Shown in pieces: positions 10,569 to 20,554 of a stretch of DNA of 64,000 bases (the stretch's first letter is position 1; each line of letters starts with the position of its first letter). The stretch spans positions 29,282 to 93,281 of the forward strand of contig JANOAV010000041.1 in NCBI GenBank assembly GCA_031411295.1, in the 5' to 3' direction. This DNA comes from Verrucomicrobiales bacterium (GTDB lineage Bacteria; Verrucomicrobiota; Verrucomicrobiia; Verrucomicrobiales; V1-33). The notes beneath the pieces are model-generated. The model ran no database searches and was not told where the DNA came from. It worked only from the letters and a program-made list of their open reading frames with translations. The position numbers and the translations under genes were made by a program.

Positions 10569-10900
10569 GGACCATTTTGATCCTACTCATCCGGGCCTAC
10601 CGACGTTTCCTACGCCCCATCCTGCCGCCCCGCGAATGCCTCTTCCAGGAATCGTGCTCTTCATTTGTCGAGGCGACCTTGAAAAATTACGGAACGCTCG
10701 GCGGTATTCGGGCCATGCGCACCCGTCTGAAGCAATGCAGGGCAGGGTATAAACCGATCCGAATCGATTCGGAACCGACCTTTTGCCAAATGGCCGACGG
10801 CTCTCAGGTGGCGGTTTCCGAGCTATCCACAGCGATGCAAAGCTACTGCCTTGAGGCGGAAAATTCGGCTACGGAAGAGTCTAGATCATGCCAAGTTTGA
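10565..10900 (+). CDS. YidD-like (membrane protein insertion efficiency factor / haemolytic domain) protein
   Basis: ILLIRAYRRFLRP..C.F..SCS.F...L..YG...G......RLKQC matches the YidD pattern. Confidence 0.75.
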   Translation: MRTILILLIRAYRRFLRPILPPRECLFQESCSSFVEATLKNYGTLGGIRAMRTRLKQCRAGYKPIRIDSEPTFCQMADGSQVAVSELSTAMQSYCLEAENSATEESRSCQV

Positions 10901-11393
10901 CAGGGCTGCTCGACCTTAAAGCGTCCAGCATACCTGTGATCAAAGATTGGGCATAGGCCTGGCCACCGGACCATTTGCTGGCGCGTGGGCCAGCCACGTT
11001 GAGGCTTTGCAGGGGTGTGGTATGGATGAACTCTAGCAGCCGTTCCACCGCGCGGCTAATGGAAACCTCCCGGGCGTCAATCAGTAGATAAGGTTTCTTC
11101 ACTTTCATGCAGCGATAGGCGGTCTCCTGGGTCCCGCCTTCCAGACAGCTCAAATAAAGGATGACGGTGCCATCCGCATCCAGCAAGTTCTGTTGCGTCC
11201 GCGCACTGTAGCCGCCTTTCTTCAATGCTCGCACCGGATAGCGCTCCGGGATGACCCCATCCTCATCCACCCGCCCAGCGGGGCACCAGCCCCCACAAGG
11301 CCACCCTAACTCCAGCGCTGCATCCAAGGCTCCCCGGTCCACTCCTGTCTGGGCCCCGGAAATGATTTTCAGAAATGGATTAATCAGATTCAT
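10881..11393 (-). CDS. Putative molybdenum-carrier / YpsA-like SLOG family protein
   Basis: KIISGAQTGVDRGALDAAL..GGWCPAGR, RTQQNLLDADGT, LNVAGPRAS. Confidence 0.85.
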   Translation of the reverse strand: MNLINPFLKIISGAQTGVDRGALDAALELGWPCGGWCPAGRVDEDGVIPERYPVRALKKGGYSARTQQNLLDADGTVILYLSCLEGGTQETAYRCMKVKKPYLLIDAREVSISRAVERLLEFIHTTPLQSLNVAGPRASKWSGGQAYAQSLITGMLDALRSSSPVKLGMI

Positions 11394-11594
11394 CGATGCT
11401 TACTGCGTTACGGGGAATTGACCGTTCTCCCTGTCCTTTCACAGCGAATTTTCCCGATCTCATCCTATGTCACACAGTGCAATAACAAAAATAAATTTTG
11501 TCGAGTTTCAGAGTCCAAAAAACTCATCGACCCCACGCTGGACCGCAGAATCATCTCTGCTGGACAAACCGGGGCTTCCGTTTAGCTTGACCTC

Positions 11595-11831
11595 ATGCCA
11601 GCTACCTTAGATTTCGTTTCCAGCCAAGCTTTCGGGCTCCCTGCCGAGCAACGAATGCGCTTGGCACTTGCCCTTTTGGAGAGCGTCGAGACAGACAACC
11701 CACCCGCCGCGCAGGAGGCTTGGTCAGCCGAGATCTCTAATAGAATTGCATCGTTTGATGCTGGGAAAATCAAGTCTGTGCCGGCAGCGGATGTCTTCCG
11801 CAAGTTACGGGAAATTGCCCCTGATCGATGA
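11595..11831 (+). CDS. Addiction-module antitoxin (TIGR02574-type)
   Basis: LPAEQRMRLALALLES...AWSAEISNRI pattern; overlaps the downstream RelE/ParE gene. Confidence 0.8.
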   Translation: MPATLDFVSSQAFGLPAEQRMRLALALLESVETDNPPAAQEAWSAEISNRIASFDAGKIKSVPAADVFRKLREIAPDR

Positions 11832-12127
11832 ACCTTGTTCTTGAGTTTCATCCTGAAGCCGAGGCGGAGGCTCAGTGCATCACAGGCGATTACGAGGCAA
11901 AGGTTCCGGGACTTGGAGCGCGGTTCCGACATGAATTGGAAGACGCCTGTTCCGCTATTGTTCAGCATCCTCTGCTCTGGAGGCTGAGATCGGATGGATG
12001 GCGGAGGCTCAACCTCCCGGGTTTTCCATTTTACGTTGCCTTCGTGATTAGAGACGGGATCGCGTTGGTGGTGGCAGTTGCTCATCAGGCCCGCCAACCG
12101 GACTACTGGAAGATTCGCTGGCCCTGA
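11828..12127 (+). CDS. Type II TA toxin, RelE/ParE family
   Basis: FHPEAEAE...YEAKVPGLGARF...RRLNLPGFPFYV...VVAVAHQARQPDYW. Confidence 0.88.
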   Translation: MNLVLEFHPEAEAEAQCITGDYEAKVPGLGARFRHELEDACSAIVQHPLLWRLRSDGWRRLNLPGFPFYVAFVIRDGIALVVAVAHQARQPDYWKIRWP

Positions 12128-12704
12128 ACTGCCCTGGTTATTGGAGAAAGAACCTGCCGCCCTCCGTGCAACCTACGGGCAGCACCTCTGCGGCCAGAGC
12201 ACGCTCATGGCGCGACGCCTGACCGAAGCGGGGGTGCCCATGGTGACGGTGTATTGTGCGGCGGGAGATTTGAACGGCTCCGTCGGAGATCATTTCGACA
12301 CCCATGGCGACAATTTCAATCGGCTCAAAAACAGCATGCTACCGCCGTTGGATCAGGCCTCGTTCGCGCTGATTGAAGATCTAAAACAACGCGGCACGCT
12401 GGACGAAACTTTGATTTGCTGGCTCACCGAATTTGGTCGCACGCCTAGAATCAATGGTGGAGCCGGACGTGACCATTTCCCGAACTGTTACTCGGTGGCC
12501 TTTGCTGGTGGCGGCGTGCAGGGCGGGCAGGTCTATGGCAAGTCCGACGCGATGGGCTACGCGCCCGCCGAGTCAGCCTGCGGTCCCGAAGATCTGCATG
12601 CCACCATTTTCCAAGCGCTGGGCATCGACCCCCGCACCACCATTCATGCCCCTGACGGCAGGCCGTTTCCGTTAGCCACCGGCAAGGCGCTGGATATCTT
12701 CTAA
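12128..12704 (+). pseudogene. 3' fragment of a DUF1501-family gene
   Basis: EPAALRATYG..GQSTLMARRLTEAGVP, FDTHGDNF, LDETLICWLTEFGRTPRIN, GRDHFP, DLHATIFQALGIDP. The N-terminal half is missing and the fragment begins at the ParE stop. Confidence 0.8.
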
Positions 12705-12943
12705 CAAGCCCTCAGCTCAGCGATTTGTCACCTTGAGTTTCACGGGAGTGCGGCCCAAAGGCTTCCAATAGCTCTCATCCGCAGGATCCACGATCACCGA
12801 GTGATATATAACCACAGAGGTAACGATCAGGCAAAATCAGGCGTCTGACGGGTTATTGAGGAAACTATCGACGCGAATTGCCGGGGGATCGGGCTGCGGG
12901 TGCCGAGGGGGGCGCTTCATAGGGCAGAGCTGAGCAGGCGAAA

Positions 12944-13765
12944 CTACTGCACCACTGGGGCGGCTTCGGCCAGTTTGGCCTGACTGCGTTTGGCCTTGAT
13001 GTTCAGCATTTCCACAAAGACCGAGAAGGCCATGGCGAAGTAAACGTAGCCCTTGGGAATATGAAAATGGAAGGCTTCACCCAAGAGGTTCGTGCCAATG
13101 AGGAGCAGGAACGCCAGCGCCAGCATTTTGACCGTGGGATGGCGTTGGACGAAATTTCCAATGGGCTCGATGGCGAAGATCATGATGATGGTGGAGATCG
13201 CAACGGCCAAAATCATGACGGGAAGTTCCTTCACCATGCCGATGGCGGTCACGATGGAGTCCAGTGAGAAGATAATATTCATCAGCATGATCTGCACGAG
13301 AACGGCTCCCATCTTCGCCCCGGCCTTCAGATCCGCTCCGGGCTGCATGTTCAGGTCTTCGGGCTCCATGGCGTGGTGAATTTCCCGCACCGCCTGCACG
13401 AGGAGGAACAGACCGCCAACAATGAGCACGATCTCTTGACCATTGATGCCCAGGGCTTTCTCTGGATGGCTAGGGTCGGGAATCCATAAGGTATCAGAGA
13501 GCTTCAAGTGAAACAACGGTTCCTGCATTTGCAAAATGAAGCCGATGAAAAAGAGGAACACAATCCGCGGAATGACCGCCAGGATCAGCCCCTGTTGACG
13601 AGCTTTGGCCTGTTGCGCTGCGGGTAATTTACCGCTGAGGATGGAAATGAAGACAATGTTGTCGATCCCCAGCACGACTTCCAACGCCACGAGCGTGAGC
13701 AACCCAATCCAAGCGGCAGGGTTGCTGATCCAACTAAAATCCATCATCGCATTCAAAGTTTCCAT
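12944..13765 (-). CDS. TerC family integral membrane protein
   Basis: LTLVALEVVLGIDNIVFISI; FSLDSIVTAIGM; HPTVKMLALAFLLLIG; IPKGYVYFAMAFS. Confidence 0.92.
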   Translation of the reverse strand: METLNAMMDFSWISNPAAWIGLLTLVALEVVLGIDNIVFISILSGKLPAAQQAKARQQGLILAVIPRIVFLFFIGFILQMQEPLFHLKLSDTLWIPDPSHPEKALGINGQEIVLIVGGLFLLVQAVREIHHAMEPEDLNMQPGADLKAGAKMGAVLVQIMLMNIIFSLDSIVTAIGMVKELPVMILAVAISTIIMIFAIEPIGNFVQRHPTVKMLALAFLLLIGTNLLGEAFHFHIPKGYVYFAMAFSVFVEMLNIKAKRSQAKLAEAAPVVQ

Positions 13766-13839
13766 AGAGATCGGGACAAAACGTAATTTACGCCCGGAAG
13801 CAATCAGAAAGCGCGACGGAATTTCTTAGCATCTGAGGA

Positions 13840-15252
13840 TCACCGGCCTCGCCCCCCACGGAAGCCACCTCCGCCGACTCCACCGCCACCGCCCACAGGG
13901 CCGCCGCGAGTGGTCGGTCCGCCTTGAAAGCCAGTCGGCGGTCCGCCTCGATCTTGCCGCGGGGCGAGCACTTCCGCCTGCATTTCCTGAGGCAGATTGG
14001 CTGCGATCCAGGGACCGGCTTCGGTTGGGTTAGCGTAATTCCAACGTTTGGCCACCTCCGCTTGGGCTTTGAGACGCTCAGCGGCGTCCGTGATTTCCTT
14101 GGTCCAAGTTAGGGCGTCCTGGGGATTTTCTCGCGCCAGCGAACGCGCGAAAGTCTCGATGGCAGCATTCTTGGCAGCGCCTGCGGGCATCTGTGTTAGC
14201 TGCGTGCTGGCAGCGGTGGGGTCCGCCCGGGTCCAGTCACTGTAAACTTGCCGCATGGCTTCGCGCTGGCTGTCACCTTCAGGAAGCGAGGCAGCCCAGA
14301 CCGCTGCGTCGGTGGGGCTCTTGCGGCCCAAGGATTCGGCAATCTGACCCACGGCTTGGCTGGCTCCGGGTTGATCCGCAATGCTTTTCGCCCATTCGGC
14401 GGCGGCGGTTTTGTCCTGGCGGAGGTATTGTCGGGAAATGGTGTCGAGCGCAGAGGCGCGCATTTTTTCGTCGGTGAGAGCCATCGCCCAGGCGCTCGCA
14501 GCAGCGGTGCCTTCGTGGAGTTTCTGCTCGGCAATGACGCTCATATATTCCGCGCGCTGATCCTCCTTCAAGGTCATGACATATTGCATAGCCGCATCCA
14601 CGTCCTTACGTGCCAGTCCGCTGACAAGTCCGCGTTCCAGCATCCCATCATCGCGATTTCCCCCGCGTGGATCGTTGCCTTCGGGTTTGGCGGCCTTGAG
14701 TTCGGCCAGGTATTTAATGGCCGCCTCAGGATCTTTCGTGGCCCAGCCAGCCAAGGCGGTGCTCTTGGTCCAACCACCATCGCGACCACCGCTTTCGGAA
14801 AGCGCCTTGAGGGCCGCCGGACCGTCCTTTTCTCCCCAGGCATAGCCCAGCAGGGATAGATAGCGCATGGACTCGAAGCCCCCGGTATTCTCCCGGATCG
14901 CCTTCAAAGCGGCGGGCGCATTCTCCGGGGTAAGCGCGGCCAGTAATTGGGTGAACGCGGTCATGCATTTCACTGGATCCGGATCCTTCAGGGCGGCCAG
15001 CAGCGCCTCGGACATGCGCTCTGGGGAAATGAAGCCCTGGCTGTCCCGGTAAGTGTCTAACCAAGCGGCGGCTCCTTCGGCATGCGGCTTGCTGGCTGTG
15101 TTCGATGCCGCAGGTGCATCTGCTTTCGAAGTCACGCCAGATTTCTCACTGCCAAGGCTGGAGGGATTATTGGGGGCTTGCTTGCCGCCCATCACGTAAG
15201 CGGCCGCAGCCACCAGGAGCCAGCCTGCATGGATTAGAAGATGTGTTTTCAT
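13840..15252 (-). CDS. Membrane-anchored helical-repeat hypothetical protein with Gly/Arg-rich tail
   Basis: N-terminal TM; repeats W-x3-D/NP-x2-A-x2-W/Y; C-terminal GGGGFRGGRGR. Confidence 0.8.
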   Translation of the reverse strand: MKTHLLIHAGWLLVAAAAYVMGGKQAPNNPSSLGSEKSGVTSKADAPAASNTASKPHAEGAAAWLDTYRDSQGFISPERMSEALLAALKDPDPVKCMTAFTQLLAALTPENAPAALKAIRENTGGFESMRYLSLLGYAWGEKDGPAALKALSESGGRDGGWTKSTALAGWATKDPEAAIKYLAELKAAKPEGNDPRGGNRDDGMLERGLVSGLARKDVDAAMQYVMTLKEDQRAEYMSVIAEQKLHEGTAAASAWAMALTDEKMRASALDTISRQYLRQDKTAAAEWAKSIADQPGASQAVGQIAESLGRKSPTDAAVWAASLPEGDSQREAMRQVYSDWTRADPTAASTQLTQMPAGAAKNAAIETFARSLARENPQDALTWTKEITDAAERLKAQAEVAKRWNYANPTEAGPWIAANLPQEMQAEVLAPRQDRGGPPTGFQGGPTTRGGPVGGGGGVGGGGFRGGRGR

Positions 15253-15527
15253 GGGATATTGGTTTGAGACGTAAAAAACGATGGGTGATGATTGGGATCG
15301 AGGGTGCTACCAGTTCGGGTAACTCTTATAAAACCAGGTCCTGCTGGAACAGTTGCGATAATTCTGCATACGCGGACGTGGGGACCGTCCGCTCTGCTGA
15401 AATATGGACTCGATCCCCTCCGTTTGGTGGCTCCCGGATTCCAAAATAAGCGACGCGTTCGGGCAAGCATAACCTTACATACCCCTTAACGATTCTGGCA
15501 ATTCTGTGGCGCAGGACCATTCCCTCC

Positions 15528-15555
15528 TTGACGGGGGGGCATTGTCCACTATAAT
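15528..15555 (+). promoter_or_regulatory. Sigma70-type promoter of nusA-infB
   Basis: TTGACG (15528-33), 16-bp spacer, TATAAT (15550-55). Confidence 0.8.
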
Positions 15556-15569
15556 CGGCGGTCTTGTAG

Positions 15570-15597
15570 AGAGTGGGAAGCAATTCCCGCTCTTTTG
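15570..15597 (+). promoter_or_regulatory. rimP-leader-like attenuator hairpin in the nusA 5' UTR
   Basis: AGAGTGGGAA-GCAA-TTCCCGCTCT followed by TTT; 10-bp stem with a GNRA loop between the promoter and nusA. Confidence 0.65.
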
Positions 15598-15620
15598 TAT
15601 TCTATAGGGAAATTTTTTTT

Positions 15621-16895
15621 ATGACCAGTGAGCTAATCGCTTTATTCGATTATTACGAGCGTGAGAAGGGCATCAACCGGCACAAGCTGGTGGAGGCCAT
15701 TTCTGGTGCATTGCTGACGGCCTCGCGCAAAAGTGTGGGTCCGGCACGGGAGCTGCGTGTAGATATCGATCCCGCCAAAGGGCACATTCGGCTCATGGCC
15801 AAACTGGTGGTGGTGGAAACCGTGACGCAGCCCTATGATGAGATTAGCCTGGCCACATCACAACGGATCAAACCCGGATCGGTGCTGGGCGATGAAGTGG
15901 ATGTAGAGGTGACCCCAAAGGGATTTGGCCGCATTGCCGCGCAGACTGCCAAGCAGGCGATGATGCAGCGCATTCGTCAGGAGGAGAAGTCCATGATGTA
16001 TGACGAATTCAAAGATCGCGCAGGTGACATTGTCGTGGGGACAGTGCGTCGGTTCGACAAAAGCGATGTCATTGTCGATATTGGTAAGTTTGAAGCCGTG
16101 ATGCCCAAAAAGGAGCGTGTGACCACGGAAGACTACAACGTGGGAGAGAAACTTCGCGCCTATGTAGTGGCCGTTGAAAATGGGGTCCGTGGTCCGGAAA
16201 TTATCCTTTCCCGGAGTCATCCGAATTTCGTGCGTCGTTTGTTCGAACATGAAGTCACCGAACTCAGCGATCACACGGTGCAAATTCGCTCGATCGCCCG
16301 GGAAGCTGGCTACCGCACCAAGATTGCGGTTTACAGCCCAGATCCCAAAGTGGATCCGGTGGGAGCCTGCGTGGGCCATCGGGGTGCCCGGGTGAAGAAC
16401 ATCGTTCGTGAATTGAACAACGAAAAGGTGGATATCATCCGCTGGAGCGACGACGTTAAGGAGTTCTTGAAGGACGCCTTGAAACCCGCCACCATCGCGG
16501 ACGATAAAATCATCATTGATCCCGCCAACGAGCGCATCCACGTCCGCGTTCCCGAAGAAGAACTGGCCAAGGCCATCGGCCGCAACGGACAGAACGTGCG
16601 CCTGACCAACCGCCTCATGGGCTGGGATGTGCAGGTGGACAAGGATGCCTCCGATCACGAGAAATTTGAATTGAAAGTCAAGGGGGCCGTGGCCGTCTTG
16701 TCCAAGCAATTGGAAATCGATCCCGAACTGGCGCAAACGCTGGTGGAGGGCGGTCTTCCGACCTTGGAAGCCGTGGCCATGCAGGCCGACGGTAACGATT
16801 TGGCCGACCTTCTGCACACCAGTCCAGAGGAAGGCGCAGCGCTGCATCAGAAAGCGCTGGATAAATTTAGTGCCAGCACTGGCGCCAAACTCTAA
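15621..16895 (+). CDS. nusA: Transcription termination/antitermination factor NusA
   Basis: FGRIAAQTAKQ, S1 domain, LSRSHPNF, AREAGYRTKIAV, DPVGACVG.RGARVK, AIGRNGQNVRL. Confidence 0.97.
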   Translation: MTSELIALFDYYEREKGINRHKLVEAISGALLTASRKSVGPARELRVDIDPAKGHIRLMAKLVVVETVTQPYDEISLATSQRIKPGSVLGDEVDVEVTPKGFGRIAAQTAKQAMMQRIRQEEKSMMYDEFKDRAGDIVVGTVRRFDKSDVIVDIGKFEAVMPKKERVTTEDYNVGEKLRAYVVAVENGVRGPEIILSRSHPNFVRRLFEHEVTELSDHTVQIRSIAREAGYRTKIAVYSPDPKVDPVGACVGHRGARVKNIVRELNNEKVDIIRWSDDVKEFLKDALKPATIADDKIIIDPANERIHVRVPEEELAKAIGRNGQNVRLTNRLMGWDVQVDKDASDHEKFELKVKGAVAVLSKQLEIDPELAQTLVEGGLPTLEAVAMQADGNDLADLLHTSPEEGAALHQKALDKFSASTGAKL

Positions 16896-16930
16896 TGCAC
16901 TCGTTCCCATGAGCGCAGAACCTATATTGC

Positions 16931-19309
16931 ATGCCCGCAAAACCCAAAAGCCCCTCCTCCAAATCCGATCCTTCTGCTGCTCACAGCAAGCAGGCGGCCC
17001 CATTGTCTAAAGTAATCATCGACGATAGTGATGTCGAGGAACTGGACCCAGTTCCAGTGAAAGTGAAGGGCGGCAAGAAGAAATCCACCATGACGGAACT
17101 CCGTCAAACCGAGACGCTGGATCTGCTGGAGGAGAAACCCAAGGGCCGACGCAGTGCAGCCACCGAGCCTGCTGGGATGGGTAAAATCGGGGCTCGTCCT
17201 AAGGTGACAGAGGAGGTTGCAGCATCAACCGCGCCCGTCGAGCCAAAGCCATCCAAGCTCGACGAGCAGAAGCAAAATGCGCTCTCCCTCTTTGATCCTG
17301 AAGCGATGAAGGCCGAGCGCATGCGCCAGCGTGACGCGCGGCGCAAGGAAGTGGAAGATTCCAAAGCGTTGCCGGCCATCTCCCGGCTAATTCAAGAAAA
17401 AGATGAGCGCCAAGAGGCCGAGAAGGCTGCGCTGACTGCCATCTTGACCAAATCGACCACTGCTACCGAAACGGACGAATCCAACGCGCCAGCAGATGTG
17501 GTGAAGGACGAAGTCGATGAAGCGGACTCGAAAATCATCCACATTAAGCCACCCATTATCGTCCGCGAATTGGCGGAGCGCATGGGGCTCAAAGGATTTA
17601 AACTCGTGGCCGATCTCATGGCCATGGACATTTTTGTGAACCAGAATCAGGCCATCGAGCCGGATGTGGCCGCCAAAGTTGCAGAGAAACATGGATTTAC
17701 CTTCGAACGGGAAAAGCGCGAAAAGGGCGCAGGCGTTCATAAAGAAGAAAAAGTTGTCGTAGAACCACCGCCGCCAGCTGAAGAGAAGAAGGAAGAAATG
17801 GTGACCCGCCCGCCGATCATTACGGTCATGGGCCACGTCGATCATGGTAAGACAAGTCTTTTGGATGCCATTCGCAAAACCCGCGTCACAGCAGGCGAAG
17901 CCGGTGGCATCACCCAGCACATTGGTGCTTATAACATCGAGCATAACGGCCAGCAGGTGACGTTCCTTGACACCCCTGGGCACGCCGCGTTCACCGCCAT
18001 GCGGGCTCGTGGCGCTGGCTTGACGGATATTGTTATTTTAGTCGTGGCCGCCGATGATGGCCTCATGCCTCAGACGTTGGAATCCATTTCCCATGCCAAG
18101 GCCGCCGGTGTCACCATCGTGGTGGCCATGAATAAGATGGATTTACCAGCGGCCAACCCCGACCGCGTGATGGCCCAACTCCAGGAACAAGGATTGGCCC
18201 CGACCGCTTGGGGTGGCAATACCGAAGTGGTTCCCGTCTCCGCACTTAAAGGCACCGGGGTGGATGCATTGCTTGAAACTGCGCTCTTGGAAGCGGAAGT
18301 CATGGAGTTGAAAGCCAACCCTGACGCTCCCTGCCGCGCCATCATCGTGGAATCCCGCGTGGAGCCAGGCAAGGGCCCCAGCGCCACGATTATTCCGCGT
18401 TCCGGCACCCTCAAGGTGGGTGCCAGCTTCATCTGCGGTCCCTTCTACGGTAAAGTTAAGAGCATGCTCAACGACGCGGGTAAAGCCGTGCAAAGTGCCG
18501 GCCCTGCCATTCCCGTCGAAGTCATCGGCTTCAGCGCCCTCCCTAACGTGGGTGACGAACTCGTGGTCATGGATGACAAGGAAGCCAAACGCCTCAGCGA
18601 ACAACGCGTCAGCGAGCAACGCCTCGAAAAACTGGGAGCACCACGCCGCACCACTCTGGAAACGCTCTTTCGCCAAATGGAAGCCGGTGAGAAGAAGAAT
18701 CTCCGCATTATCCTCAAGTCCGATGTCCAAGGTTCTCTGGAAGCCATTTCCGGGCAATTGAAGGACATCAAATCGGACAAGATTGATCTGGAAATCATCC
18801 ACCAAGCAGTCGGTCCTATTTCGGAAAACGATGTGCTGCTAGCGGGAGCTTCCGATGCCATCATCGTTGGTTTTTCCACCAAGGTGGAAGGCAAGGCGGT
18901 CAAGGTCGCGAAATCAGAAGGCGTGCAAATCAAGCTCTTCTCCATCATTTACGAACTCTTCGACCAAGTCAAAGAAGCCATGCTCGGCATGCTGGACCCG
19001 ATCAGTCGCGAGAAGCAATTGGGCACTGCGCTGGTCAAACAAGTCTTCAAAGTCAACAAGGGCAAGATCGGCGGCTGCGTCGTCACCAGTGGCCGCATCG
19101 CCCGCTCCGCTCGCGCCCGTGTCGTCCGCGGCAAAGAGAAAACGCCGGTGTATGATGGTGGATTCCACACCCTGCGTCGCTTCACGGAAGATGTCACGGA
19201 AGTCCGCAACGGCCTCGAATGTGGTATCCGCTTGGGTGACTTCAACGATTACGTCGAAGGCGATGTGATCGAGTGCTACGAACTCGAGAAGATTGCGCAA
19301 GGGCTGTAA
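16931..19309 (+). CDS. infB: Translation initiation factor IF-2
   Basis: [51 protein letters not shown]. Confidence 0.98.
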   Translation: MPAKPKSPSSKSDPSAAHSKQAAPLSKVIIDDSDVEELDPVPVKVKGGKKKSTMTELRQTETLDLLEEKPKGRRSAATEPAGMGKIGARPKVTEEVAASTAPVEPKPSKLDEQKQNALSLFDPEAMKAERMRQRDARRKEVEDSKALPAISRLIQEKDERQEAEKAALTAILTKSTTATETDESNAPADVVKDEVDEADSKIIHIKPPIIVRELAERMGLKGFKLVADLMAMDIFVNQNQAIEPDVAAKVAEKHGFTFEREKREKGAGVHKEEKVVVEPPPPAEEKKEEMVTRPPIITVMGHVDHGKTSLLDAIRKTRVTAGEAGGITQHIGAYNIEHNGQQVTFLDTPGHAAFTAMRARGAGLTDIVILVVAADDGLMPQTLESISHAKAAGVTIVVAMNKMDLPAANPDRVMAQLQEQGLAPTAWGGNTEVVPVSALKGTGVDALLETALLEAEVMELKANPDAPCRAIIVESRVEPGKGPSATIIPRSGTLKVGASFICGPFYGKVKSMLNDAGKAVQSAGPAIPVEVIGFSALPNVGDELVVMDDKEAKRLSEQRVSEQRLEKLGAPRRTTLETLFRQMEAGEKKNLRIILKSDVQGSLEAISGQLKDIKSDKIDLEIIHQAVGPISENDVLLAGASDAIIVGFSTKVEGKAVKVAKSEGVQIKLFSIIYELFDQVKEAMLGMLDPISREKQLGTALVKQVFKVNKGKIGGCVVTSGRIARSARARVVRGKEKTPVYDGGFHTLRRFTEDVTEVRNGLECGIRLGDFNDYVEGDVIECYELEKIAQGL

Positions 19310-19369
19310 GCTTTGGTCGGTGCAGGAGCTTTTCTTTGCACTGCCTGCAATCCTGCGCATGATTTGCGC

Positions 19370-20554
19370 ATGACTGAATTTGAATGTGACGTAGCCATCG
19401 TTGGCGGCGGCATTGCGGGCTTGTGGGCGATGCATGAATTGCGGGCACGGGGATTTTCTCCGGTGCTCCTGGAGCAACATACGCTCGGCGGGGCGCAGAC
19501 GCTGGCCGCCCAAGGCATTCTCCACGGCGGGATGAAGTATGTGCTCGATGGCAAGGTGGATGACATTGCGCTGCGGCTGCGGGAGATGCCACCGCGTTGG
19601 CTGGAAAGTATTGTCGGCCAGGGCGAGGTGGATCTAACTGGCACGCAAATTCTCTCGGAGTGTCAGTATCTGTGGTCCGATGGATCGCTCCTCAGCAAAC
19701 TCAGCGGAGCCATGGGGGCCAAAATGTTGCAAGGCGATGTCAATGCGCTGCCGAAGGAACAATGGCCCATTGGCTTCCATGAACTAAACTATCGTGGCTC
19801 TGTGCGAGCCTTGCAGGAAACCATCATTGATGTGCGCAGCGCGCTGACTGCGCTAGCAAAACCTCTCGCGGGCAGCGTCTTTCAAGTGGATGAAATTTTC
19901 CCTAACTTGGCTGGAGAAAGTGTGACCTCGCTGGACTTGCGGTCTGTAGCGGGCACCTCGTGTCGTCTGAAACCACGTTTCGTGGTGAGCACCGCAGGCA
20001 CTGGCAATGAAGTCTTTGCCCAAGCACTACCATTCCCCCAACCCGCCACGCAGCGACGTCCGCTGCGCCAAATTCTCGTCCGGGGCGTGCCTCACAAAAT
20101 TTACGGCCACTGCATCATCGCAGACCCCAAGCCGCGCGTCACCATCACCAGTCACACTCTAACGGATGGGACGCCTGTCTGGTATCTGGGCGGAAATGTG
20201 GCGGAGAAGGCTTGGAAAATGGGCCTGGAGGAATCGCTGAAATTTGCAGCCAGCGAACTCAGCGCCATCTTCCCAAAACATCACTGGGCGCAATATGCCT
20301 ACGCCGCCTGGGATGGAGATCGTGCCGAACCGCACCAGAGCGTGCGCTTTATGCCCAGTGAACCAACGGTGAATGTGCTGGGAAATTGCGCGCTGGCATG
20401 GCCGACGAAGCTAGTCTTTGCTCCCGGCCTCGCCTCCAAGATCGGGCAAGAAGCCTCGGCACGAATCACTCCGATGGCGGCTCCGCACTTGCCGTTGCCC
20501 GCAGCGGTGGTTGGGCAATATCCGTGGGATCAAGCATCCTGGCAGAACCTATGA
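19370..20554 (+). CDS. FAD-dependent oxidoreductase (DAO-like)
   Basis: DVAIVGGGIAGLW; LGGAQTLAAQGILHGGMKY; WPTKLVFAP. Confidence 0.85.
   Translation: MTEFECDVAIVGGGIAGLWAMHELRARGFSPVLLEQHTLGGAQTLAAQGILHGGMKYVLDGKVDDIALRLREMPPRWLESIVGQGEVDLTGTQILSECQYLWSDGSLLSKLSGAMGAKMLQGDVNALPKEQWPIGFHELNYRGSVRALQETIIDVRSALTALAKPLAGSVFQVDEIFPNLAGESVTSLDLRSVAGTSCRLKPRFVVSTAGTGNEVFAQALPFPQPATQRRPLRQILVRGVPHKIYGHCIIADPKPRVTITSHTLTDGTPVWYLGGNVAEKAWKMGLEESLKFAASELSAIFPKHHWAQYAYAAWDGDRAEPHQSVRFMPSEPTVNVLGNCALAWPTKLVFAPGLASKIGQEASARITPMAAPHLPLPAAVVGQYPWDQASWQNL

Noticed and set aside
11582..12097. 171-aa ORF antisense to the TA pair
   Set aside because: The plus-strand TA genes have clear family motifs; this ORF has none.
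12705..12943. Possible ncRNA or interrupted small minus-strand ORF
   Set aside because: No recognisable motif or strong structure; the candidate frame has an internal stop and no family resemblance.
13766..13839. yybP-ykoY Mn riboswitch upstream of terC
   Set aside because: Only 74 bp of intergenic space and no recognisable consensus.
15253..15527. rimP remnant or ncRNA upstream of nusA
   Set aside because: The short ORFs show no RimP motifs, the region lies upstream of the mapped promoter, and no RNA family is recognised.
15858..17003. 381-aa minus-strand ORF
   Set aside because: Antisense shadow of nusA/infB.
20386..20550. N-terminal extension of the aldo/keto reductase
   Set aside because: It overlaps the upstream gene; ATG 20551 is coupled to that gene's stop.
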